A DNA stretch of 64,000 bases from Nitrospinales bacterium (lineage in GTDB: Bacteria; Nitrospinota; Nitrospinia; Nitrospinales; VA-1). A program made the position numbers and the translations under genes. The stretch spans positions 96,001-160,000 of the forward strand of contig CBDCXL010000002.1 in assembly GCA_965223795.1 (NCBI GenBank), given 5' to 3'. The notes beneath the pieces were generated by a model, which saw nothing but the letters and a program-made list of their open reading frames with translations, searched no databases and had not been told where the DNA came from. This document shows positions 49,729-59,945 of the stretch, piece after piece; the stretch's first letter is position 1, and the number at the start of each line of letters is the position of its first letter.

Positions 49729-50067
49729 ATGGCCGATTTTGACTTGATGGATTTTGAGGAATCCCTGAGAATCGTGAACGTGCCTCCTCCCACGATCGAG
49801 GAAGTGATTTCCTTCTGGGGCAGTGAAACCCAGTCAGGAGAGTGGGAAGGCGGCATCGTCATGAAAATGAAAAGCGGCAAGTTCGCCTACCTTCTGGGCT
49901 GGTGCGAAACCAAGGAAGGAGGCTACGAGGACGGCGCGGAGATTCAGTATTTCGACGCCATACCGGATTACAAATCCTTCAGTCCCAAGGAACGCTGGGT
50001 GCAGGGCCCGCGTCCGGGATTGTGGGACGAGCAGCCCGGGACATTCAATGAATGGCTCGCGCAATGA
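49729..50067 (+). CDS. Hypothetical acidic protein
   Basis: 112-aa ORF with globular composition (WEGGIVMKMKSGKFAYLLGWC). Confidence 0.65.
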   Translation: MADFDLMDFEESLRIVNVPPPTIEEVISFWGSETQSGEWEGGIVMKMKSGKFAYLLGWCETKEGGYEDGAEIQYFDAIPDYKSFSPKERWVQGPRPGLWDEQPGTFNEWLAQ

Positions 50068-50385
50068 TGGCCTGAAACCCCGCCGGAATCCTCTCCCAGT
50101 CACATGAATGCCGCTTTTGCGTTTCCTTTCATTTTCCCGCTTTGGATTTTCAGATTCTTTGTGATACCTTTTTAAGTGTACAAGAAGGGTTGTGGAAAAT
50201 CATTGCGAATGGGATAGAGAGACCCCTGTTGAGATATGTCTTACTGATCCAACGTGCTGTCCGGCCAACCTGAATTTGGTTTCCCCCTTTAGGCCTGCGA
50301 TACGGCCTAGCAACGACCCATACCCAAATAAAAATAGTGGCATGTTTTCAATCGCATTCCGCTCATTTGCAGGAGAAGATCCGGT

Positions 50386-50586
50386 ATGTCTCAGGGTAAA
50401 GTGAAATGGTTCAACGAGAGTAAGGGCTATGGTTTTATCGAGTCCGACGAGGGAGAAGACTATTTTGTTCATTTTTCCGAAATTCAAAGCGAGGGCTTCA
50501 AGACCTTGAAGGAGGGCCAGCTTGTCGACTTTGAAAAGACAATGGGGAAGAAAGGCCCCCAGGCTTCCAAAGTGATCCCCCAATAA
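50386..50586 (+). CDS. csp: Cold-shock protein
   Basis: [27 protein letters not shown]. Confidence 0.97.
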   Translation: MSQGKVKWFNESKGYGFIESDEGEDYFVHFSEIQSEGFKTLKEGQLVDFEKTMGKKGPQASKVIPQ

Positions 50587-50601
50587 ATCCGGCTGCGACG
50601 A

Positions 50602-50635
50602 AACCGGCGGGGCACCGGCTCCGCCGGTTTTTTTT
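50602..50635 (+). terminator. Rho-independent terminator
   Basis: AACCGGCGGGGC-ACCG-GCTCCGCCGGTT followed by a T-run. Confidence 0.85.
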
Positions 50636-50831
50636 GTGCTTTTTCCCCTTTTTCCCGCACCCCGTTTGCGGCTGCGCCCGCCATTTTCACCCCCCCTCTT
50701 CCTCAGTCTTGCATCGCACTCCTGGATTTTTCTCAATTTGAGATGCATGGACCATGCACGGTCCGGGCACCCAAACGCCACCGCACACGGAAACCCCTTT
50801 GAAAATAAAGGACTGACCTCTCTCTCCGGTT

Positions 50832-50847
50832 TGGCACACCGGATGCA
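50832..50847 (+). promoter_or_regulatory. Sigma54 (-24/-12) promoter
   Basis: TGGCAC-ACCGG-ATGCA with GG-N10-GC spacing. Confidence 0.65.
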
Positions 50848-50910
50848 ATAGAAGGGTGTGAGGCAACGGCAACAAATTCTTGCAAACCGTTCACATCCTG
50901 GGAGAGGATC

Positions 50911-51075
50911 ATGAAACTGAATCAATCGTTTTACCAGTCATTGGATGAATGGATCGACGTTTCTGTCTCGGAGCCGGTCAGCGTGTTTGAAATCGAGGAC
51001 ACCTGGTATGTCGAGGCCCTGGATGAAGACGATTCCGGGCAGGCCGAAGAACTCAATTTTGCACTGGAACTCTGA
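50911..51075 (+). CDS. 54-aa acidic small protein (not in the ORF track)
   Basis: GGAGAGG RBS; MKLNQSFYQSLDEWIDVSVSEPVSVFEIEDTWYVEALDEDDSGQAEELNFALEL. Confidence 0.6.
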   Translation: MKLNQSFYQSLDEWIDVSVSEPVSVFEIEDTWYVEALDEDDSGQAEELNFALEL

Positions 51076-51145
51076 TCCATTCGGGTGCAATCCGGTTCCC
51101 CGTTCCGCAGGGGACCCGCTCAGCCATCAAGAAGGAGTACAGGGA

Positions 51146-51532
51146 ATGAATATGCGGATTTTTGTGATCGCGGCGTTTATCTTTCTGTCACTGGCTCGTA
51201 TCGGAGAGCCCGCCGGGGGCGTTCCGCAGAACATGCCGCCCACGGTGACGTTCAACTTCGATCAGCTAAGCCCTCCGGGCGGAGGGGGATGTTCGCTGGA
51301 TTCGCGGTTCGGTGTTGTGACCTGCGTGTTCAGGATGACGCAGCAGAACTGGCAGTCGATGAACAAGGAAAAGCCGGCGACCGTTTCGTTCGCGAATCCG
51401 GGAGTCACCTCGATCCGTTTTAATGGGAGCCAGCAGTGCGCGGTGCGCGGGCCGATCCGGATGCCGGATCAACCCGATCCGCTGGTGGACCTGCTCTGTT
51501 CGCGGCCCTGGAACCCGATCTACGGAAATTGA
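51146..51532 (+). CDS. Hypothetical secreted Cys-containing protein
   Basis: AGGAG RBS, signal peptide, four Cys. Confidence 0.6.
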   Translation: MNMRIFVIAAFIFLSLARIGEPAGGVPQNMPPTVTFNFDQLSPPGGGGCSLDSRFGVVTCVFRMTQQNWQSMNKEKPATVSFANPGVTSIRFNGSQQCAVRGPIRMPDQPDPLVDLLCSRPWNPIYGN

Positions 51533-51573
51533 CAACCAGGCGCAAGCCTTTCTTTAAACTGGAGAGTTCAACC

Positions 51574-51921
51574 ATGAAAACCATGATCGCCGCTGTGACG
51601 GCGGGCTGCCTGCTTTTCGGGGCCACGCTGAGCCAAGGCTACGACGCGGTGGAGGAACGGCGGGAAGCGAGTGTGGTTTCACCCGCGTCGGAACAGCATT
51701 TTCGCACCAACCAATGCCACTACATGCGGGACAAGGACGGAATCTCTTCGATCAACTGCGGCAAACCGCTCAACTCCGGTCCGTATAAAAAAGAGGAGAG
51801 CTACGTCACGTTCGGCAAAAGGCTTTGCACCCTTTCCCCGCTGCAGGGGCAGATCATCTGTTCCAAACTGCTGTTCCGATCCGGCCGCGGTGCGTTGAAG
51901 CCGCACCTGCTGCCAGGCTGA
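51574..51921 (+). CDS. Hypothetical secreted Cys-containing protein
   Basis: GGAG RBS, signal peptide, paired Cys. Confidence 0.6.
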   Translation: MKTMIAAVTAGCLLFGATLSQGYDAVEERREASVVSPASEQHFRTNQCHYMRDKDGISSINCGKPLNSGPYKKEESYVTFGKRLCTLSPLQGQIICSKLLFRSGRGALKPHLLPG

Positions 51922-51933
51922 CGGCGCCTGGCG

Positions 51934-52410
51934 TCATGCGGTGTTGTGAATGTAGTTCTCGCCCGCCTGCATGACGATCTGATCCAGCAGAACCCAGGGA
52001 ATTTCAAACTCCTCGGTGACGGCCCGCATGAGCAGCACGTTCACATTCCCTGAGGGGCTGGCTTCCTTTTTAAAATACATTTTGACGGGACCGCCGACGC
52101 TCAAATCCATTTTGAAGCGGGGGACGGTCAACTCCCACACCGCCTCGCCATGCTGCCTCCACCGGTGGCCGCCGGGAATCGCCGACAGGAACTCGCCAAA
52201 GGTGAGAAACCGCCGTTCCTGGTAGGAAACGTAATACCCCGCATAACCCGTTTCCGAAGACAGGCTTTTGTACACGACGAAGCGTTCGCCCCAGTCCCCG
52301 GGCGGGCTGGGCTGCAGGGAACAGGCCGTCAGCGTGAGCAGCAGCGCCAAAACGCCGGCCCGCATCCATCCGTGCTTTCGAAATTCACTGCATTGCAATC
52401 CAGGCGTCAT
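51934..52410 (-). CDS. Hypothetical lipoprotein
   Basis: LLLTLTAC lipobox; start may be the second Met. Confidence 0.65.
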   Translation of the reverse strand: MTPGLQCSEFRKHGWMRAGVLALLLTLTACSLQPSPPGDWGERFVVYKSLSSETGYAGYYVSYQERRFLTFGEFLSAIPGGHRWRQHGEAVWELTVPRFKMDLSVGGPVKMYFKKEASPSGNVNVLLMRAVTEEFEIPWVLLDQIVMQAGENYIHNTA

Positions 52411-52763
52411 TCTCGTCTCCGGGCTTAAAAATCAGGTCGCTGCGGCTCGTGCGGGCTGCGTGTCCGAAACCGGGGCGAGCTTCCCCAGTATCCTGTATCC
52501 CCTTATAATTCAGACTATTTCAGGGAACCGAACTTGTCAATGCAATTGCTGCGGCGCCGGGATGCGCGGCCGCGAACCCCTGAATTTCCGGGACATACTC
52601 CACCTGTTGAAAAATATATCTTTTTATTGACTTGAAGGAGAGGTCCGCGGCAATGACGCGGCGGCGGGACGGGCGTTTTCCCGGTTCAGGCGGGATCGTG
52701 TGCGGCTGGTATGAGGCTGCCTCAAAAACGGCAACTGGGGGCCTTGAATCTGGAAAATCGGGT

Positions 52764-53312
52764 TCAGGCGCTGTCGCAATGAAAGCCGCGCGCCGGGTTC
52801 CAGACGAGCTTGAGATGAGAGGGCAGCCGGGTTTCGCGGTCGAGTTCCGCCGATTGCAGCTGCTCGCGGGTGAGGTGGACCGTTTCGGAGAGATCGGTGC
52901 CGAACAGGTTCACGCCGTTCAGATTGGCGCCCCAGAAATCGGCCCCGGCAAAGCGGGTCTGCGAGAGCCGGGCGGTGCTCAAATCCGCACCCAGCAGGCT
53001 GGCTCCGGTGAGGTTGGCGCGCACCAGGTTCGCGCCCGTCAGAATCGCGCCGCTCAGGTCCGCGAGGTTGAGATCGGCTTCCACCAGATTGGCGCCGATG
53101 AGGCGCGCTTCGCTGAAGCGGGCGCCCTTGGCCTGAGCACGGGTGAGATTGGCGCACATCAACTGCGCGCGGCTGAGGTTCGCGCCTTTCAGGTTCGCCT
53201 CTACAAGTTTGATCCCCACCATGTTGGCTTCCCTGAGATCGAGAAAGCTCAGGTCGCTCCGGTCGATGGCCGGTGATTTTTTCGATTGATCGTTGATGGA
53301 ATGGGTCGTCAT
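52764..53312 (-). CDS. Pentapeptide repeat protein
   Basis: About 20 A(N/D)Lxx repeats. Confidence 0.92.
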   Translation of the reverse strand: MTTHSINDQSKKSPAIDRSDLSFLDLREANMVGIKLVEANLKGANLSRAQLMCANLTRAQAKGARFSEARLIGANLVEADLNLADLSGAILTGANLVRANLTGASLLGADLSTARLSQTRFAGADFWGANLNGVNLFGTDLSETVHLTREQLQSAELDRETRLPSHLKLVWNPARGFHCDSA

Positions 53313-53682
53313 CGGTCCCCCGCAGAAAAAGCCTGTCAAACCAGCATTTACAGAACGCGCCGCATTGGCCGGCGCGCTGACGGATGCCTCCAGTGTAGGG
53401 AAACCGGGTCGCTGTCCGGTCAAGGGCGCGTCACGATTGCGTCAAAACCCGTGTTTTTCCGGCCCCCTGCCCTTGCCCGCTGCGTATCCGCCAGCGGCCG
53501 CCGCTTTCGTGACCGAATCGTTGCAGGCGCTCAACGAAACGGTGATACGACGCTGTCAATCTGACTCATTTGAGGGACCCGGACTGGAGGAGGGACGCGT
53601 CCGGCAAACATATTTAGCCTGTTTGGGCAATTTTTAATTCGGCGCGGCGGGGTCCGCCCGGCTTTCTATTTCGTTCGTCCGC

Positions 53683-54423
53683 ATGTTCGGCCTGAATAAA
53701 AAACACACGCGCGGGCTCGCATCTTTTGTTTCGCTGGGCCTGGTACTGGGATGCCTGAGCTGGTTTTCGGGAGGCGTCACGCATTCGGCGGGCAGCCTGT
53801 CTCCGTATCTGACCGCGGCGGCGTCGATGGAGGCCTCCGTCTTTGACGAACGGCGCGAACGGCGGCTCAAAGAGAAGGCGTCCCTGAAGCATCGGTCCCT
53901 GAAAATGGACCGGGCGCGTGCCCGCAACGAACGGGAGTACGACCGCAAAGTGGGAGAGCGGATTCTCGATATCCTTTCGCGGTACCGCACGGGACTCAAG
54001 AAAAAAAGCGATGACAAGATCCCCGGCTGGATCCTGGCGCAGAGCAAACGCTACGGCTACGACCCGCTGTTCCTGACCGCCCTCATCATCACGGAAAGCT
54101 CGTTCAACAACTGGGCGGTGTCGCACCGCGGCGCGGTGGGGCTGATGCAGCTTTTGCCGGGCACCGGCAAAGCCATGGCGCGGGAAACGAAGCAGCCCTG
54201 GCGGGGGACTTCGACGCTGCACGATCCCGAGGTCAACATCGCCCTGGGATCCTATTACCTGAATAAACTCAAGCGCCGTTTCGGCGATCTGAACCTGGCG
54301 CTGGAGGCCTACAACCACGGCCCCACGCGGCTGGATTCTTACCTGAAACGGGGCTACGCACCGAGCCGGTACTCGAAAAAAGTATTAAAAATCTACGAAA
54401 TGATCCATTTCGAACCCGCCTGA
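53683..54423 (+). CDS. SLT-family lytic transglycosylase
   Basis: [34 protein letters not shown]. Confidence 0.93.
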   Translation: MFGLNKKHTRGLASFVSLGLVLGCLSWFSGGVTHSAGSLSPYLTAAASMEASVFDERRERRLKEKASLKHRSLKMDRARARNEREYDRKVGERILDILSRYRTGLKKKSDDKIPGWILAQSKRYGYDPLFLTALIITESSFNNWAVSHRGAVGLMQLLPGTGKAMARETKQPWRGTSTLHDPEVNIALGSYYLNKLKRRFGDLNLALEAYNHGPTRLDSYLKRGYAPSRYSKKVLKIYEMIHFEPA

Positions 54424-54650
54424 GCACGTCCCTCCCCTGCACTCCGGACGGATGCGGAAATTCCGCGCATTCGTCTGCGCACACAATGCGGCCGGACGCC
54501 GCGCCTTTCTGGCTGCTGCAATATCCGACTTACGGAAACGCCTTTCGAAATGGCTGTTTGGGCGATTTTACGCGGCGGGAATCCTTTCTTGACAGTTTTT
54601 GCAGACTTGTGATATGGGTTCACTTTTATACCCAGATAAGGACCCGCGTC

Positions 54651-54851
54651 ATGGCAAATGGAAAAGTCAAATGGTTTAGTGAGCAAAAAGGTTACGGTTT
54701 TATCGAGTCTGAAGAAGGAGAGGATGTGTTTGTTCACTATTCCGCCATTCAGTCCGATGGTTTCAAAACGCTGAATCAGGGGCAGGAGGTCGAATTCGAA
54801 GTCACCACCGGCCCAAAGGGGCCGCAAGCCGCGAATGTCGTAAAAAAATAA
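54651..54851 (+). CDS. csp: Cold-shock protein (second paralog)
   Basis: [32 protein letters not shown]. Confidence 0.97.
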   Translation: MANGKVKWFSEQKGYGFIESEEGEDVFVHYSAIQSDGFKTLNQGQEVEFEVTTGPKGPQAANVVKK

Positions 54852-55097
54852 ACCGCTCGCTTTTTTGTTTCCGCACCGGGGATAGCGGCGAGCCCATGTG
54901 CGGGCCGCACTATCCTTCCCCGTTTCCACTTTTCGACGGCAGGCGTGAGAACTGCGCTCCCCTTTTCCCCTCGCTTTCCCTCCTGCACACCCGCCGCAGA
55001 CCCTTCACAATTTTTTGAGTCCACCCGGATAAATTGCCACAATGGCGTGGCAGCCCGTTTCCCAGATTTCATCGCAACAAACAAGGAGTCGAATCCC

Positions 55098-55412
55098 ATG
55101 GCAATCTGCATGACAGCGAAATACCGGGTTCATCCCCATTTCACCAAGGAATGCATCGAGGTCGTCACGCGGCTGATCGAGCACACCAAAACGAACGAGC
55201 CCGGCACCCGCCTGTACATCGCGCAGCAGGACGTTCTCGACCCGATGGCGTTTCAGCACACCATCATTTTTGAAAACGACGCGGCGATGAACCTGCACCG
55301 CAATTCGGTGGCGGCGAAACGTTTTGTGAGCTCGCTTTACCCACAGACGCGCGAACCGCTGGAATTCACCGAATACAACCTCATCGGCCTCAAATCCGGC
55401 GGCGTCGATTGA
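55098..55412 (+). CDS. ABM/dimeric alpha-beta barrel (quinol monooxygenase-like) protein
   Basis: NEPGTRLY, F..DAAMNLHRNS...F pattern; AAGGAG RBS. Confidence 0.75.
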   Translation: MAICMTAKYRVHPHFTKECIEVVTRLIEHTKTNEPGTRLYIAQQDVLDPMAFQHTIIFENDAAMNLHRNSVAAKRFVSSLYPQTREPLEFTEYNLIGLKSGGVD

Positions 55413-55435
55413 TCCTTTAAGGGAGTTCCGCTCTG

Positions 55436-55756
55436 TCAGCGGTTGAGGTCGTTCAGCATGTCGGCGAGGTTTTCCAGCGTGTCTTTCATGTTGGGCGGGA
55501 GTGCGGCTGAGGGTGCGGGCCCGCCATCGGCGGCGGCAAGGGGTTCCCTGCTTTTAGGCTGCGCGGGACCGCCTCGAAAATAGCGGACGAGCTGCGGGTA
55601 CTGATCCAGCCGGAGCCAGCGGCGGCCGTCGGGGGAAATTTCATCGCCGGGCAGCAGCCGGCCTTCGCGGATGCAGGGCACCAGCCGTTTGACCGGAAAC
55701 TGCGGGATCACCTTGCTGCCCCGGCGCAGCTGCAGCGTGAGAAGCGGCGGCTTCAT
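55436..55756 (-). CDS. Small hypothetical protein coupled to lgt (GYF-like motif)
   Basis: ATGA overlap with the lgt stop; IREGRLLPGDEISPDGRRW. Confidence 0.6.
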   Translation of the reverse strand: MKPPLLTLQLRRGSKVIPQFPVKRLVPCIREGRLLPGDEISPDGRRWLRLDQYPQLVRYFRGGPAQPKSREPLAAADGGPAPSAALPPNMKDTLENLADMLNDLNR

Positions 55757-56526
55757 TTTGCGATCAGCGAGTGGTTCCGGCGCATGACGATCAGCATGAA
55801 AATGGACACGGCGAGGACGAACAGCCCGATGAACTGGGACGTGGACAGCAGGCTCTCGACGGCGTAGCCGCGGTCGTCGCCGCGGTAGTATTCGATGATG
55901 AAGCGTCCGATCGAGTACAGCACGCCGTAGCTCCAGATGATCTGACCGTCGAACGATTTGTGCCGCCGAAGCCACATCAAAATGCCGAAGATCACGATGG
56001 CGTTGAGAGACAGGTAAATCTGCGTCGGGTGCAGGGGGATGTTCAGCGGCGCCAGCGATTTGGGATCGGTGAAGACGACGGCCCAGGGGACGTCGGTCTT
56101 GACGCCGTAGCAACAGCCTGCGAAATAACAGCCCCAGCGGCCGATGACCTGGCCGATGGCGATGGACGGTGCGAGCACGTCCGCCGTTTTCCAGATCGGC
56201 ATCTCCTTTTTCTTCATGTAGACATAGGCCACGATCACAGCCAGGATCAGGCCGCCGTAGAACACCAGCCCGCCTTTCCAGAACTTGAAGATGTCGAGCG
56301 GGTGCTGCGCGAAATAATCGAACTCGACGATGACGTACAGAATCCGCGCGCCCACAAGGGACGAGATCAGAATGTAGAAACAAAGGTCGATGATCTGCTG
56401 CGGGTCGAGGCCGTCCTGCCGTCCGAGACGGGAGGCGAAAAAGATCGCCGCGAAAAATCCCGACGCCACCAGCAGGCCATAGGTGAAGATCTTCACGAAA
56501 CCGAATTCGATGAGAACCGGATGCAT
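55753..56526 (-). CDS. lgt: Prolipoprotein diacylglyceryl transferase
   Basis: GARILY, GGLVFYGG, GRWGC, HPTQIY, RFIIEYYR. Confidence 0.96.
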   Translation of the reverse strand: MHPVLIEFGFVKIFTYGLLVASGFFAAIFFASRLGRQDGLDPQQIIDLCFYILISSLVGARILYVIVEFDYFAQHPLDIFKFWKGGLVFYGGLILAVIVAYVYMKKKEMPIWKTADVLAPSIAIGQVIGRWGCYFAGCCYGVKTDVPWAVVFTDPKSLAPLNIPLHPTQIYLSLNAIVIFGILMWLRRHKSFDGQIIWSYGVLYSIGRFIIEYYRGDDRGYAVESLLSTSQFIGLFVLAVSIFMLIVMRRNHSLIAK

Positions 56527-56541
56527 TAGTTTCCTTTGCGG

Positions 56542-57075
56542 TTATTTGGAATCGGACACGTCTTTGGTGAGGGGCGGCCCGTCCTGGGGAGCGGCCGGAT
56601 CCGGCTCGCGGCTGAACAGATCGAGGATCATCAGCCCCACACCGATGGAAATGCAGGCGTCCGCCACGTTGAAGGCGGGAAAGTAGTATTTATTATAGTA
56701 GAACTGCAAAAAGTCGACCACCTCTTTGTGGATGATGCGGTCGATCATGTTGCCGACCGCACCGCTGAAGATGAGGATGAGCCCGATCTGCACCATCCTT
56801 TTTTCGCGCGGCGTCTGGTGGAAGATCACCAGGATGGCGACGATGGCCACCGAGGAGATCAGAACGAAGATGAGCGCCTTGTATTCGGACTCCTGGTCCG
56901 CGAACAGCCCGAACGCCACGCCGGGATTGCGGATGTGGACGAGATTGAAAAAGTTCTGCACCACCTGAACGGAATAGTACAGGGGCAGATGCTTGATGAT
57001 GAGAAATTTGGTGTACTGATCCAGCAGGATCAGCGTGTTGGACATCAATAGCAAATGCAGGTATTTGTTTTTCAA
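56542..57075 (-). CDS. lspA: Lipoprotein signal peptidase II
   Basis: DQYTK, NPGVAFG, GNMIDR, VVDF, FNVADA. Confidence 0.96.
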   Translation of the reverse strand: MKNKYLHLLLMSNTLILLDQYTKFLIIKHLPLYYSVQVVQNFFNLVHIRNPGVAFGLFADQESEYKALIFVLISSVAIVAILVIFHQTPREKRMVQIGLILIFSGAVGNMIDRIIHKEVVDFLQFYYNKYYFPAFNVADACISIGVGLMILDLFSREPDPAAPQDGPPLTKDVSDSK

Positions 57076-57081
57076 AATGGT

Positions 57082-59886
57082 CTAGGCCGTCGCGGCTTCC
57101 AGGTTTTTCACGCATCGGGAGCAGATCGTCGGGTGTTCCCCACCGTCCCGCGCCTCGACAAAGTAATTCCAGCAGCGTTCGCATTTTGAGCCCGCCATCG
57201 CACGCGCGCCGATAACAACGCCTTTGAGAACTTCACTGGCAGTCGTGCGGATAGCGGGATCGATCCGGTCCACCACCTCCACGTGCGAAACGATGAAGAT
57301 GTATTTCAACTCGTCGAAATCGTCCTTTAAAATATCGCGCAGCTCCGGCGGCAGCACCAGGTGCACCTCGGCGTCGAGGGAATGGCCGATCACTTTCTCC
57401 TGCCTGAAACCCTCCAGCGCCTTGCTCACTTCCCCCTTGAGATCGACCAGCACCTGCCATTTTTTCGCGGTGTCCGCGTCCAGCTCATAGCCGGAAGAAT
57501 CCGGAAACTCGCTCAAATGCACGCTGGGTCGGCTGTCCCGGCTTTTCGGCATGTAAGACCAGACTTCCTCGGCCGTGAAACTCAGAATCGGCGCCATCAG
57601 CCGCGCCATGTCCACCAGCAGCCTGTGCAGGGCGGTCTGGCCGGAGCGGCGGCCCGGCGAATTTTTCGGGTAGGTGTACAGCCGGTCCTTGATGATGTCG
57701 AGGTAGAACGCGCTCAGGTCGACGACGCAGAAATTGTTGAACGCGTGGAAGAACACGTGGAATTCGTATCTCTCGAACGCGCTTGCGATTTTTTCGTTCA
57801 ACCCGCGAAATTGGTACAGGATGTAGCGGTCGATCTCCAGCATGTCTTCATAATCCACGGCGTCCTTTTCCGGGTCGAAGTCGCTGAGGTTGCCCAACAG
57901 GAACCGGAAGGTATTGCGGATCTTGCGGTACGCCTCGGTGAGCCGCTTCAGGATCTCCTGGGAGATGCGGATGTCCTCGCGGTAATTTTCCGACGCCACC
58001 CAGAGCCTGAGGATCTCCGCGCCGAACTGGTCGATGATCTTCTGCGGCGCGATGACGTTGCCGGCGGATTTGGACATTTTCTTGCCCTTGCCGTCGACCA
58101 CGTAGCCGTGGGTGAGCACGGTCCTGTAGGGTGCCTTGCCGCGGGTGCCGATCGATTCCAGCAGCGAGCTGTGGAACCAGCCGCGGTGCTGGTCGCTGCC
58201 CTCCAGGTACATGTCGGCGGGCCATTGCAGGTTCGGGTCGGTTTCCAGTACCGCCGCGTGGCTGACGCCGGAGTCGAACCACACATCGAGGATGTCGTTT
58301 TCCTTCCGGATCGACTCCGCCCCCGCGCCGCAGCTGCAGCGCATGCCTGCGGGCAGCAGGTCTTCGGCTTCCTTATCGAACCAGTGGTCGGCGCCGTGTT
58401 TTTCGACGAGCGCGACGATGTGGTCGAACAGTTCCGGGGTGCGCAGGATCTCGCCGCAGTCGTCGCAGCAGAACACGGTGATGGGCACGCCCCAGGCGCG
58501 CTGGCGCGACACGCACCAGTCGGGCCGGTTCTCCACCATGCTGTAGATGCGCTCCTCGCCCCAGGGCGGCACCCACTGCACATTGCGGATGGCTTTAAGC
58601 GCGTTTTTGCGCAGATCGTTTTTCTCCATGGAGATGAACCACTGGTGCGTCGCCCGGAAGATGATGGGCTGGCGGCAGCGCCAGCAGTGCGGGTACGAAT
58701 GTTTCAAGGTTTCCTGGTGGATCAGCGCCCCCACTTCTTCCAGCCTGGCGATGATGTTCGGGTTGGCCTTGGTGACGAACTGGCCCGCGAAAAATTCCAC
58801 GCCGTCTTTGAAGACGCCGCCGTCGTCCACCGGGTTGTAGGTGTCGAGGCCGTATTTCTGCCCCACCACGTAGTCGTCCTGGCCGTGGCCGGGAGCGGTG
58901 TGCACGCAGCCGGTGCCCTGCTCCAGCGTCACGTGTCCGCCGAGGATCACCCTGGAGTCCTGTTCGAGGAAGGGATGACGGCAGACAACGCCTTCCAGCT
59001 CGCTGCCTTTGGCTTTGGCGGCGACCGTGTGCTCCTTCACGTCCCATTGGGCCAGCAGCGCCGGCAGAAGGTCCTCGGCGACAACGAGGTTTTCGCCGCC
59101 GATCTCCACGGCGACGTAGTTGAAATCCGGATGCAGGCACACCGCCAGGTTCGCGGGCAGGGTCCACGGCGTGGTGGTCCAGATGACGAACGCTGTTTTA
59201 GCGGGGTCCAGGTCCTGCATGCCGCCTTTGAGCTTCGAGGACACGGGGAACTTGACGTAGATGGACGGCGATTTGTGGTCGGCGTACTCCACTTCCGCCT
59301 CGGCGAGCGCGGTCTTGCAGGAGGTGCACCAGTGGACGGGCTTCAGGCCCCGGTACACCAGGCCGGACTGCACGCATTTGCCGAACTCGCGCACGATGGT
59401 GGCCTCGTAGCCGTAGTCCATCGTGAGATACGGCCGGTGCCAGTCGGCGAACACGCCCAGGCGCATGAATTCCTCGCGCTGGATGTCGACGAACTTTTCC
59501 GCGTAGACCCGGCACAGCTTGCGGATCTCCTGCTTGCCCGGAGTGAGCTTCTTCTGCCGCTGCTCTTTCGCCACCTGGTGCTCGATCGGCAGGCCGTGAC
59601 AGTCCCAGCCGGGAACGAAGGTCGCGTCGAACCCCTGCATGGTCTTGATGCGGACGATGAAGTCCTTGAGGATCTTGTTGAGCGCGTGTCCCATGTGGAT
59701 GTGGCCGTTGGCGTAAGGCGGCCCGTCGTGAAACACGTACTTGGGGCGGCCTTTCGACTGGCCGCGGATCTGCCCGTACAGATCCTCGTCTTTCCAGCGG
59801 GCCAGGATTTCCGGCTCCCGCTGGGTGAGATTGGCCTTCATGGGAAACCCGGTCTGCGGGAGATTGAGCGTTTCTTTGTAATCCAT
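57082..59886 (-). CDS. ileS: Isoleucine-tRNA ligase (type 1)
   Basis: HDGPPYANGHIHMGH, WDCHGLPIE, IWTTTPWTLP, EGSDQHRGWF, KMSKS, CERCW. Confidence 0.99.
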   Translation of the reverse strand: MDYKETLNLPQTGFPMKANLTQREPEILARWKDEDLYGQIRGQSKGRPKYVFHDGPPYANGHIHMGHALNKILKDFIVRIKTMQGFDATFVPGWDCHGLPIEHQVAKEQRQKKLTPGKQEIRKLCRVYAEKFVDIQREEFMRLGVFADWHRPYLTMDYGYEATIVREFGKCVQSGLVYRGLKPVHWCTSCKTALAEAEVEYADHKSPSIYVKFPVSSKLKGGMQDLDPAKTAFVIWTTTPWTLPANLAVCLHPDFNYVAVEIGGENLVVAEDLLPALLAQWDVKEHTVAAKAKGSELEGVVCRHPFLEQDSRVILGGHVTLEQGTGCVHTAPGHGQDDYVVGQKYGLDTYNPVDDGGVFKDGVEFFAGQFVTKANPNIIARLEEVGALIHQETLKHSYPHCWRCRQPIIFRATHQWFISMEKNDLRKNALKAIRNVQWVPPWGEERIYSMVENRPDWCVSRQRAWGVPITVFCCDDCGEILRTPELFDHIVALVEKHGADHWFDKEAEDLLPAGMRCSCGAGAESIRKENDILDVWFDSGVSHAAVLETDPNLQWPADMYLEGSDQHRGWFHSSLLESIGTRGKAPYRTVLTHGYVVDGKGKKMSKSAGNVIAPQKIIDQFGAEILRLWVASENYREDIRISQEILKRLTEAYRKIRNTFRFLLGNLSDFDPEKDAVDYEDMLEIDRYILYQFRGLNEKIASAFERYEFHVFFHAFNNFCVVDLSAFYLDIIKDRLYTYPKNSPGRRSGQTALHRLLVDMARLMAPILSFTAEEVWSYMPKSRDSRPSVHLSEFPDSSGYELDADTAKKWQVLVDLKGEVSKALEGFRQEKVIGHSLDAEVHLVLPPELRDILKDDFDELKYIFIVSHVEVVDRIDPAIRTTASEVLKGVVIGARAMAGSKCERCWNYFVEARDGGEHPTICSRCVKNLEAATA

Positions 59887-59945
59887 CGTTTTATTCAGCC
59901 GATTGCATTGTTCGTGTGACCGCCGCGGCGCCGGAGGAGCGCGGT

